From Alphaproteobacteria bacterium (lineage in GTDB: Bacteria; Pseudomonadota; Alphaproteobacteria; Micavibrionales; UBA2020): a stretch of 64,000 nucleotides of DNA. Positions 1 through 8,369 of the stretch are shown piece after piece (positions within the stretch are counted from its first letter, which is position 1; every line of letters begins with the position of its first letter). The stretch covers positions 7,955-71,954 of the forward strand of contig JBKBWZ010000001.1 in NCBI GenBank assembly GCA_046314385.1, written 5' to 3'. The translations under genes and the position numbers were made by a program. The notes under the pieces were generated by a model, which saw only the letters and a list, made by a program, of their open reading frames with translations, had not been told where the DNA came from and searched no databases.

Positions 1-241
1 GCAGACGGGCAGCGCTAACTTATAAGCGTTTTAGAAGATTTGCAATCTTGTGTCTTATACATATACGAGACACGGCTTTAATTGAATAATCCCACAAGCT
101 ATATATTTGCATAATGCATAACGACTTTACCCCGGCTTCCCTGCCCATTTCGTAAAAGGAAGTGCAAGTGACCCGGTCTGCATGGGGGCTACTTTATGCT
201 GCGCCACCAAAAAATGTGGAAACTGATGCTCGGGCTTAGGC

Positions 242-1585
242 TTAGATAGCTGCCGGGGCAGCGAGGGCGATGATGTCTTGTGAAGGCTTCAGGGTGAAGT
301 TGACCAGTGGCATAATTGTGGCCTCGTTTGCCATTTTCGGTGTTACATGCTGTAAAAGGGTCGCCAGTATCAATACGCCCTCCATGCCTGCCAGATGTGC
401 ACCGATACAGACATGTTCGCCGGCGCCAAAGGGCAAGTAAGCGAAGCGCGGGCGACCTTCGGCTTCGGATTTGTCGAAATGTTCAGGGTAGAAACGATCC
501 GGATGCTTCCAGAGGTCCGGATGACGGTGGGTAACGTAAAGGGGTAGCACGACCGAGCTCCCTTTGCGCACGGGGTACCCCAAGACTTCGTCGGCTTCTT
601 CGCTGAAACGGTGAATCGCCCAAGCGGAAGGATACAGACGCAGCGTTTCCTTGAAAACCATGCGCAGATAAGAAAGCCGCTCTATGTTTTTCGCATCAGG
701 AAGTCCCTGCGGCCCCAGAACATCGCGAAGCTCTTCGCGAACTTTGCCCAGTACGGCCGGGTTTCCAGCCAACGAATACCATGCCCATGCAATTGCGGTT
801 GAGAGGGTATCATAGCCCGCCATCAACAGAGTAATGATTTCGTCATGCAATTGACGGTCTGTATTTCCGCTGCGCACGAGGGCGTTAATCATCGAGTGTT
901 CGTCATCTTTGCGCGCCGCGGTGATGATATCGCGGACAACGGCATCGGCCGCGGCTTTGTCGCGGGAAAAGCGGCGGTTAACAGGCAGCGGCAAAAAGCG
1001 CGGCGGCGTCAGCGGGTTTTGGATAAATCGGTTGATATAGTAAAAGCCGTCCAGCATAGCGCTGGCAAAGGTCTCTACGCGCGGACGGATATTGTAGTTA
1101 AATAGCATGTCGCTGATATTGATAAGCCCAAGCGACATCATTTCACGGGAAATATTGACAGATACTGCCGTGCCTGCGCGCTGCCATTTGGTTGCCATCT
1201 CTGCAGTGTTGCGCACAATCATGGCGGCATATTTATCGACATGTGCCGGCTGGAAATAGGGGGTAACGGTACGGCGCTGTTTTTCCCATACGTCATCTGT
1301 GCTGGTGACGATCCCGTTTCCGCCAATATAGGAAACGATACGGCTCCATCTTGCGCCGCGGCTGTATTTTTGCCGCGCCTTGACGAGAATATGATGCAGC
1401 GCATCCGGCGCGGCAAAGGAATAAAAATTAATAAAAGGGTAGGCGTTGAAACGCAGGCAGTCACCATGCGCTCGGTGATATCGCAGGTAGAATCCGTAGG
1501 TGTCACGCTGCATTTCCGGCATATGGCCAAAAAGCAGGCGCGCACCGTCAATAGCCGGATATGGCATGGAGGGCAGCGTCGTCAT
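242..1585 (-). CDS. cytochrome P450 monooxygenase
   Basis: 447-aa ORF. It has the heme-thiolate signature FGAGEHVCIGAHLA (FxxGxxxCxG), an ExxR-like ETLR, and an I-helix-like LLMAGYDTLSTA. It is the last gene of an overlapping minus-strand operon. Confidence 0.9.
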   Translation of the reverse strand: MTTLPSMPYPAIDGARLLFGHMPEMQRDTYGFYLRYHRAHGDCLRFNAYPFINFYSFAAPDALHHILVKARQKYSRGARWSRIVSYIGGNGIVTSTDDVWEKQRRTVTPYFQPAHVDKYAAMIVRNTAEMATKWQRAGTAVSVNISREMMSLGLINISDMLFNYNIRPRVETFASAMLDGFYYINRFIQNPLTPPRFLPLPVNRRFSRDKAAADAVVRDIITAARKDDEHSMINALVRSGNTDRQLHDEIITLLMAGYDTLSTAIAWAWYSLAGNPAVLGKVREELRDVLGPQGLPDAKNIERLSYLRMVFKETLRLYPSAWAIHRFSEEADEVLGYPVRKGSSVVLPLYVTHRHPDLWKHPDRFYPEHFDKSEAEGRPRFAYLPFGAGEHVCIGAHLAGMEGVLILATLLQHVTPKMANEATIMPLVNFTLKPSQDIIALAAPAAI

Positions 1586-2462
1586 GACCTGCGCTTTCTT
1601 TCATGGCGTTGATGAAGCCGTAAAGATTTTCTGCGTCGTATCCGTGCAGCATCAGGCGGAAGCCGGCTTCAAATGTTGAAAGCGGAATCATCGGGTGTCG
1701 GTTATTGACGACACTCAGTATCTCGGGCCGGCCGAAAAGCTGGGCGACATAGGTAGCGATTGTTTCGTCGAGCTGCAGAGAGTTACTTGCACGCCAGAAA
1801 TCGTTGTCGGACAGCAAAAGGCCAAAAAGCGGCGTATACATTTCAATGGCGCTTTGCAGGTCAAGAAAGTTGTGCCAGCGGTCAGGAAGGGGTCCGAATT
1901 CATGATCAAAAGGGCGAATCGGAGAAAAGTCGATTTGCTGCAGGGGCACGGCCGCAAGCGTCTTGCCCTCGCTCTGTAAATGCGCATTCAAATAGATAAT
2001 GAAATTATAGATATTGAGATCGTGCTGGATAAAAGCATTCCCGCCGACATCGTCAATTTTACGCGGCAACAACGGATGGGCGGGCAAGGTGCCGCCTGCC
2101 AGATTACGGTTCAAAAACCCCAGAATCTGGCTGCCAATGTTAAAGTGCCGCAAAATAAGATAATTCGCATCCGGTGCGACAAATGTACGCATGCCCCAGC
2201 AGATTATGGCGTGCAAAGCACGCGGAGAGGTAAAGCGACGCGGCAGCAACAGCCGGAAGAGCTGTACGATGCCAATGCTGAGCCGGGCGAGGGGCCGCAC
2301 AAGGGGGAGTAGAAACTGACGGGATCGGCTAGCATTGTTGCGCAGAAGTGCCGACTTGACCTTTTCATCGATAAACGTACTGCGATCCAATAGCAGCGCG
2401 CGCCACGGATCGGGGTTCTGGTCATCATGCGCCGGCAAGGGGCTGGTCGCGCTGCCGGTCAT
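1548..2462 (-). CDS. hypothetical protein (no recognisable domain)
   Basis: 304-aa ORF. Its start overlaps the upstream gene stop by 4 nt (2459-2462). Its stop lies 38 nt inside the P450 ORF start. I recognised no catalytic motif. Confidence 0.6.
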   Translation of the reverse strand: MTGSATSPLPAHDDQNPDPWRALLLDRSTFIDEKVKSALLRNNASRSRQFLLPLVRPLARLSIGIVQLFRLLLPRRFTSPRALHAIICWGMRTFVAPDANYLILRHFNIGSQILGFLNRNLAGGTLPAHPLLPRKIDDVGGNAFIQHDLNIYNFIIYLNAHLQSEGKTLAAVPLQQIDFSPIRPFDHEFGPLPDRWHNFLDLQSAIEMYTPLFGLLLSDNDFWRASNSLQLDETIATYVAQLFGRPEILSVVNNRHPMIPLSTFEAGFRLMLHGYDAENLYGFINAMKESAGHDDAALHAISGY

Positions 2463-3172
2463 ACGTTGCCCAGTTCTTCAAGCTGGAGACGATAGAGCCG
2501 TGCGACAATTTTCGCGGTTTTTATAATACGCTGGCCCATGTCCGGTTCGTCAAGAATGCCGGACTTCAGGGTTTCGACAAAATGCTCCATATGGTCTTCG
2601 TCGTGTTCGGCGTGGTAAATAAAAAAACTGACCTGATCGTCGGAAAGGTTCAGTTGCTGCTGTATTTTGCGACCCCAGGCACCAGCTTTTTTTTCACCCA
2701 AGCCTTCAATAATAAACATACCGCCAAGAAGATCAAAAGGATTGGTCTGGCTGGCGCTGTGGTACATGAAGGCATGAAGTGCTTCGGTGCCGATATTCTT
2801 GGGCGCATTCTGGATGTCCGCCAGTGAACCGCCAAGCGAAACATAATGCTTTTCAAGCATCTGGAAATCCTGATGTTCCGACACGGCGTGTTTGAGAAAG
2901 ACCGAGCGCTGTTCCGTATACCGGGAATCTATGCTGGATGCCGCGCGGGCTATCCAACGTGCGCCTTCAACGACCTGTTGGCGGTGGTTGATAAGCAGAG
3001 CTTTGTAATCTTCCTCTCTGAATTTTCCGCGGCGCAGTTTGTCGATAAGCGGAACGGTTTCTATGGCGGTGTCAAAATCACTCCAGACAATCATCAAGCC
3101 GCGCATGACGGCTTCGCTATCCATCTGTGATGTTTCAGGCCTCTTCATTTTTGCATGTGCCATTCTAGACAA
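2459..3172 (-). CDS. heme-oxygenase-like diiron / iron-containing redox enzyme family protein (CADD/PqqC/TenA-like fold)
   Basis: 237-aa ORF. Candidate carboxylate/histidine ligands are SEHQDF, IIEGLGE and YHAEHDEDHMEH. The last contains the H-x3-D-x2-H spacing seen in CADD-type HDO proteins. Confidence 0.65.
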   Translation of the reverse strand: MSRMAHAKMKRPETSQMDSEAVMRGLMIVWSDFDTAIETVPLIDKLRRGKFREEDYKALLINHRQQVVEGARWIARAASSIDSRYTEQRSVFLKHAVSEHQDFQMLEKHYVSLGGSLADIQNAPKNIGTEALHAFMYHSASQTNPFDLLGGMFIIEGLGEKKAGAWGRKIQQQLNLSDDQVSFFIYHAEHDEDHMEHFVETLKSGILDEPDMGQRIIKTAKIVARLYRLQLEELGNV

Positions 3173-4292
3173 CCTCCAGCATCATCAATCCGTTCAGGCA
3201 GCGCCCGCTTTCCGGTACATGGCACAGGATTTTTTGTCCGGACGCAAGGGCTTTTTCGCGGCAGAGTTCTTCAAGCATGATAAAAATCGATGCCGTGCCT
3301 GTATTGCCGCGGGTATAGAGGTTGCTGAACCATTTTTCTTCCGGCACCAGCGCGCCCGCTGCGCGCAAAACGGCAACGGCATCCTCGCGCAGCGAGTGCG
3401 ATGAATAATGACTGCAAAGCACATCGACGTCTTCAAGCCTGAAACGTCCTTGCTGTATCAGGTCCAGATAATGTGATACCCAGACGGGGATCATCTCCTG
3501 TAAAATCGTGAAATCCTGCGTCAGCATCAAGGCGCCTTCCTCTGTAGCAGCCAGCGGGCTGCCGAAATCGCCCCAGGGGGAGATAGCGCCGTCCGCGCCG
3601 CGTGCCGCGCCTGCTGTCATGCAGGTGTCAAAACGGTCGGCGTAAGAGCGGATATCGATCCATAGAATTTTAAATGATATCTGCCGCGCATTCGGTTTGT
3701 GCTCCAATATGGCCGCACCGGCGCCATCGGAGAGGGTGAAGCGCAAGAAGTCTGCTTCTAGCGGAACACTGCCCTTATTACGGAAGTGTTTGGTGTGTTC
3801 GTAAAATCCAGGCCGGAAATAACGGCTGGCAAATTCGCTGCCGCTAACGGCTGCACAGGTATGCTCGCCGGCACGGATTTGCACATAGGCAGATTTCAGG
3901 GCCATCAGCGCACTTGCACAGACGCTTTGAAAGCTGGCAATTTCAAGCGGCGGTAGTTTAAGTTCTGCTTGTACATGGGAGGCAAGCCCCGGCAACAGCA
4001 CATCCGCAATCGTCGTCGAAGTCGCGAGATAGGAAATATCCGTAAGCAAGACTTCTGATTTTTCATGCGCATCGGCAATTGCGCTGGCGGCCATTTGTGC
4101 GTTTGAGTAAAGAGCCCGCCCGTCGCGATCAAGTGCGTAGTGGCGCGTCTTGATGCGGTTCTGGCGCAAAACAAGCGCACGGTGGCGTGACGGTCTACCG
4201 CCAATCAGCCCGAGATATTCCTCCATCTCTGCGTTGCCGATGGGGGCGCCGGGTAAAAAAGCGCCAAAACTGTTAATATATACGTCGTTCAT
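3165..4292 (-). CDS. beta-ketoacyl-ACP synthase III (FabH/KAS III)-like condensing enzyme
   Basis: The ORF-track entry is 3165..4643, but the homologous part starts at MNDVYINSFGAFLPG (ATG at 4292). The candidate Cys-His-Asn triad is FQSVCASALMAL, CSHYSSHSL and RGNTGTASIF. Confidence 0.85.
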   Translation of the reverse strand: MNDVYINSFGAFLPGAPIGNAEMEEYLGLIGGRPSRHRALVLRQNRIKTRHYALDRDGRALYSNAQMAASAIADAHEKSEVLLTDISYLATSTTIADVLLPGLASHVQAELKLPPLEIASFQSVCASALMALKSAYVQIRAGEHTCAAVSGSEFASRYFRPGFYEHTKHFRNKGSVPLEADFLRFTLSDGAGAAILEHKPNARQISFKILWIDIRSYADRFDTCMTAGAARGADGAISPWGDFGSPLAATEEGALMLTQDFTILQEMIPVWVSHYLDLIQQGRFRLEDVDVLCSHYSSHSLREDAVAVLRAAGALVPEEKWFSNLYTRGNTGTASIFIMLEELCREKALASGQKILCHVPESGRCLNGLMMLEVV

Positions 4293-5148
4293 GTGCTCCT
4301 GCTTTTGTGCAGGCGATAAAACCTGCAATGAAATCCTGCGTTTCTTTGTCGGCCAGTGCCGGTATGTGGCCGGCGTCGGGGCAGAGGTGTAGGGCGAGGT
4401 CGGGTTTGAGTGCCTGCAAATCGGCAATTTCCTGTGCCGTGCACAGATCGGATTTCCCGCCCGCGACCAATGCCAGCGGGCAGGCAAGGTTTTTGACGCC
4501 TTCGCTGATATCGATGCCCGCCCGCAAGGCGGGGGCAGCAAGGCGTGCGATTGTGGGGTCGAAATGAAAAATATATCCGGCATCGGTTTTGCGCAGCTGA
4601 TGCTCGGCATAATGCCGCCAGACCGCATCGCTGACATCGCCAAGCGGCAGATTTATTTTTAGCACCTCAAGATAGGCCTCGACCGAAGGCAGTATGGGTA
4701 GATTTTCCACGACATAATCGGCGATGCGGGCGCAGGCGGCCGGATGCGGGCGGTGCGTGATGTCAACCAGTGTGAGAGAGGCCATCTGCGCCGCGCCGTT
4801 TTGCGCCGCCATTTCAAGTGCAATCAACCCGCCCATCGAGGTGCCGATCCAGTGGACGGGGCTGCTGAAATGCCGCGCCAGCAGGGCCGTAAAGATTTCC
4901 GCATAGCGCGTCAGATGATATTCTTCGGGCGGCAGGCGCAGGCTCTCGCCGCGGCCGGGGGTATCAAAGGCGAAAAACCGCCAGCCCTGTGCGGCGAGCG
5001 CGGCGCCGATAAAATCGAAATCGCGCTTTTGACGCGTCAGGCCGTGCACGGCAACGATATCGCCGCGCGGCCGGCTACCCTGCGGCGGGTCAAACCGCGC
5101 ACAGGCAAGGCCATCATAAGCTTCAAGAGAGGGTGTCGGCGCAGACAT
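4273..5148 (-). CDS. alpha/beta-fold hydrolase
   Basis: Nucleophile elbow GTSMGG, HG oxyanion motif (VAVHGLT) and C-terminal DAGH. I prefer the start at 5148 (AAGGA 8 nt upstream); an alternative start is 5211. The stop overlaps the KAS III start by 20 nt. Confidence 0.8.
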   Translation of the reverse strand: MSAPTPSLEAYDGLACARFDPPQGSRPRGDIVAVHGLTRQKRDFDFIGAALAAQGWRFFAFDTPGRGESLRLPPEEYHLTRYAEIFTALLARHFSSPVHWIGTSMGGLIALEMAAQNGAAQMASLTLVDITHRPHPAACARIADYVVENLPILPSVEAYLEVLKINLPLGDVSDAVWRHYAEHQLRKTDAGYIFHFDPTIARLAAPALRAGIDISEGVKNLACPLALVAGGKSDLCTAQEIADLQALKPDLALHLCPDAGHIPALADKETQDFIAGFIACTKAGAHERRIY

Positions 5149-5209
5149 GGCGGTATCCTTTCGGGAAAGCGGCTTGGGAGCCAGTCTATAAACCTTGCCG
5201 CCCGCTGAC

Positions 5210-5238
5210 AAGGCACAAGCCGGATTGCCATGTGCCTT
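5210..5238. promoter_or_regulatory. 8-bp perfect inverted repeat AAGGCACA-N13-TGTGCCTT upstream of the hydrolase/KAS III/P450 operon
   Basis: Read directly from the sequence. It sits in the divergent intergenic region between the operon and the MscS-type gene. It could be an operator or a hairpin. Confidence 0.25.
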
Positions 5239-5293
5239 TAAAATCCGCTAGTATCCGCAAAGAATAACGCCTTGTACCAATGGAGACATATCA

Positions 5294-6166
5294 ATGGATA
5301 TCCAGAGCCTGCCTGCAGATTTCAACCAGGGAATGAAAATTCTTCAGGATAATCTGCCCTTTCTGCTCGAGGTGGGGACGCGTATTTTAAGCGCGCTGAT
5401 CATTCTTGTTGTCGGCTGGTTGGCCGGTAACTGGGTACAGCGCCGCGTGACGTCGATTAAAAAGCTGGATGCAACCTTGACCGGTTTCTTTGGCGGGTTT
5501 CTAAAATACGGCATTCTGGCTGTTTCGATGATTACCGTGCTGGGCCAGTTTGGCGTGCAGACGGCCAGTCTTCTGGCGGTGCTGGGTGCGGCGGGTCTGG
5601 CCATCGGCCTTGCCATGCAGGGCACGCTGTCGAACGTGGCGGCCGGGGCGATGATACTTATTCTGCGTCCGTTCAATGTCGGCGATTATATTCAGGCGGG
5701 CGGCATTGGCGGTACGGTCAAGGCGCTCGGTCTTTTTGGCACAGAAATGGCAACGCCCGACAATGTCTATATTTTTGTACCGAATGGAAAGATCTGGGGA
5801 GCAGACATCTGGAATTATTCGCGCCACCCGCACCGCCGTCAGGATATCAACGTGGCTATCAGCTATGGTGATGATATCGACAAGGCGCTTGGCGTGATCC
5901 GTGCTGTGCTGGAAGCCGAGCCGCGCCTGCTGCGCGGTGAAGAGGGCAAAGAGGCGGATGTGCTGGTCAGTAATATGGGGGATTTTTCCATCGATCTTAT
6001 TGTGCGTTTCTGGTGCGGGCGCAGTGATTACTGGGCGCTGAAATGGGCGCTGACCAAGGCGATCAAGGAAGCGCTGGATTCTGGCGGCATCACCATTCCG
6101 TTCCCGACCCGCACACTGGAAGTGCGCGATGGCCGGCCTGTTTTGCCCAAAGCGGCTATACAGTAA
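5294..6166 (+). CDS. mechanosensitive ion channel (MscS family)
   Basis: 290 aa. N-terminal TM helices are followed by the MscS beta-domain block PFNVGDYIQAGGIGGTVKALGLFGTEMATPDNVYIFVPNGKIW. A GGAGA RBS lies upstream. Confidence 0.9.
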   Translation: MDIQSLPADFNQGMKILQDNLPFLLEVGTRILSALIILVVGWLAGNWVQRRVTSIKKLDATLTGFFGGFLKYGILAVSMITVLGQFGVQTASLLAVLGAAGLAIGLAMQGTLSNVAAGAMILILRPFNVGDYIQAGGIGGTVKALGLFGTEMATPDNVYIFVPNGKIWGADIWNYSRHPHRRQDINVAISYGDDIDKALGVIRAVLEAEPRLLRGEEGKEADVLVSNMGDFSIDLIVRFWCGRSDYWALKWALTKAIKEALDSGGITIPFPTRTLEVRDGRPVLPKAAIQ

Positions 6167-6178
6167 CCCACGAAGGAT

Positions 6179-6970
6179 ATGGCCATCATGCAAAACGCCC
6201 TCTCCGTCACCGCAAAAAAATACCTTGTTGGCGGGGTGGCGTTATTGCTGATCGCGCTTGCTTTTGTTTTTCCGCCCATCGCGCAGGATCTGAGCTATCA
6301 CGATTTTGCCGACAAGCGGGCAGCGGCACATGTGCCGAATGCGGGGGATGTTCTCAGCAATATTCCGTTTTGCATTGCCGGCCTGTGGGGCATGGTTCTT
6401 TTGTGGGGCCGCCGTGCGGCAGATAAAGAAGCGTATCTGCTGTGGTATGTTTTCTTTGGTGGTGTTTTTTTGGTCGGCTTTGGCTCCGGCTATTATCACT
6501 GGTCGCCCGATAACCAGACGCTGGTCTGGGACAGGCTGCCGATGACGATTGCCTTTATGTCGCTTTTTTCGCTGGTGATTGCAGAGCGTATCGATGCGCG
6601 GCTGGGCTATGCGCTGTTTCCGGTTTTGCTGTTGATCGGCGCAGGCAGTGTTTGGTACTGGGCCTATACCGAAAGCATCGAGGCGGGTGATTTGCGGCCC
6701 TATGCATTGGTGCAGTTTTTGCCTGTCGTGCTGATTTTGATGATGGTGGCGCTCTTCCCGTCGGCGGCCGGCGGCACGCGGTATTTGCTGTGGTGTCTTG
6801 GCTGGTATCTGGCCGCCAAGGGGCTGGAGCATTTTGATGCAGAAGTCTTTGCCCTGCTGGGTCATACCGTCAGCGGCCATAGCCTCAAGCATCTGGCGGC
6901 GGCGGCGGGCGTGGCCTGTTTGCTGCCTTATGCGAAATTGAGACTGGTAGAAAAGCCTCCCGCACGCTGA
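6179..6970 (+). CDS. ceramidase-domain (alkaline phytoceramidase-like) integral membrane protein
   Basis: 263 aa and polytopic. Conserved-looking blocks are YHDFADKR...VPNAGDVLSNIPF, GSGYYHW and SGHSLKHL. Confidence 0.55.
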   Translation: MAIMQNALSVTAKKYLVGGVALLLIALAFVFPPIAQDLSYHDFADKRAAAHVPNAGDVLSNIPFCIAGLWGMVLLWGRRAADKEAYLLWYVFFGGVFLVGFGSGYYHWSPDNQTLVWDRLPMTIAFMSLFSLVIAERIDARLGYALFPVLLLIGAGSVWYWAYTESIEAGDLRPYALVQFLPVVLILMMVALFPSAAGGTRYLLWCLGWYLAAKGLEHFDAEVFALLGHTVSGHSLKHLAAAAGVACLLPYAKLRLVEKPPAR

Positions 6971-7022
6971 AAACCTTGGCCGCGGGGTTTCGCCTGTGCA
7001 GGAATTCCGCTAAGCTTGCCGC

Positions 7023-8369
7023 ATGGATACGGATGCTTTCGTAAATAGCGGGCGGCGCGGGCCGCCGCTTTGGGTCATGATGCTGGCGGGTTTGGCCGCG
7101 GGCGTCGGCGCCGGTATTTTGTTTGGCCCGGGCGGTATCTTTGCGCTGCCGGCCGAGGCGCTCTTGCCGGTCACCGATTGGGTCATGCTGCCTGCGCGGC
7201 TTTTTCTGGCGCTGATCACAATGATCGTTATCCCACTAGTTTTTTGCTCGATCCTGCTGGCGATCACCGAAAGCGGCGGGTTTTCTTTTTTGCGCAGCAT
7301 CGGCCCGCGTGTCGCGGTATATTTTGTCTGTACGACCTGCGTGGCCGTTTTGCTGGGTATACTGATCAGCGGGGTTATACAGCCCGCACAGCACGTACCC
7401 GACAGCTGGCTTTCCGCACGTATGGGCGGGGCAGAACAAACGCTGGAGAAAGCCGCCATGCAACTTGGCGGCGGCAAATCCATTCCGCAGTTGATTGTCG
7501 GTGTTATCCCTGTCAATCCGGCGGCGGCGGTGATGCAGCAGGAAATGCTGCAACTGGTTATCGCCGCGCTGCTGGCCGGACTTGCCTTGGTGGCGCTGCC
7601 GCGGGCGCAGGCACAGCCTGTGATCTCCTTTTGCGCCGGCGTGCAGGCGGCCTGCATGAAAATCGTTTTCTGGGCGCTTAAACTGGCGCCGCTCGCTGTC
7701 TTTGGGTTTCTGTTCCGTCTGACGGTGGAAACGGGGCCGGAGATGCTGACCGCCTTGTCGTGGTATATCGGTGCGGTGCTGGCCGGTCTGGGCGGTGTGC
7801 TTGTCATGTATATGCTTATTGTGTCTTTTGTGGCGCGTCGCTCTCCGCTCGCTTTTCTGGCGGCCATACGTGATGCGCAGATGCTGGCCTTTTCCAGCTC
7901 CAGCTCTGCCGCGACCATGCCACTGACGCTGGCCACAGCGGAAAGCCGCCTTGGCGTGCGGCCTGCGGTTGCGCGGCTGGTTGTGCCGCTGGGCACAACG
8001 ATCAATATGGACGGTACGGCGGTTTATCAGGTTATTGTCGCGCTGTTTCTGACCGGCTTGATGGGAATAGAACTGTCATTTGCACAAACGGCGCTGCTGG
8101 CGCTGACCATTGTCGGGGCGTCTATCGGCTCGCCCGGCTCGCCCGGTGTCGGGCTGGTGATCTTGTCGGTGATCCTGACAAATATCGGCATTCCGCCCGA
8201 AGCGATCGGGATTATTCTCAGCGTTGACCGGCTTTTGGACATGTGCCGCACGGTCGTCAACGTCACGGGCGATCTGGTGGCGGCAACGGTTGTAGACCGC
8301 TGGGCGGGCGAAGGGCTTCTTGCCGCGCCGCCGGCTGACAGCCTTACGGAGCAGAAAGTATCAGCATGA
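7023..8369 (+). CDS. dicarboxylate/amino acid:cation symporter (DAACS/GltP family)
   Basis: 448 aa. Motifs: SSSSAATMP, GTTINMDGTA, GSPGSPGVG and DRLLDMCRTVVNVTGD. The true start may be a few codons downstream. Confidence 0.85.
   Translation: MDTDAFVNSGRRGPPLWVMMLAGLAAGVGAGILFGPGGIFALPAEALLPVTDWVMLPARLFLALITMIVIPLVFCSILLAITESGGFSFLRSIGPRVAVYFVCTTCVAVLLGILISGVIQPAQHVPDSWLSARMGGAEQTLEKAAMQLGGGKSIPQLIVGVIPVNPAAAVMQQEMLQLVIAALLAGLALVALPRAQAQPVISFCAGVQAACMKIVFWALKLAPLAVFGFLFRLTVETGPEMLTALSWYIGAVLAGLGGVLVMYMLIVSFVARRSPLAFLAAIRDAQMLAFSSSSSAATMPLTLATAESRLGVRPAVARLVVPLGTTINMDGTAVYQVIVALFLTGLMGIELSFAQTALLALTIVGASIGSPGSPGVGLVILSVILTNIGIPPEAIGIILSVDRLLDMCRTVVNVTGDLVAATVVDRWAGEGLLAAPPADSLTEQKVSA

Noticed and set aside
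4293-4643. N-terminal 117-codon extension of the KAS III ORF (3165..4643 in the ORF track).
   Set aside because: The extension overlaps the alpha/beta hydrolase coding frame and is Pro/Arg/Ser-rich. FabH-like homology begins at MNDVYINSFG (4292).
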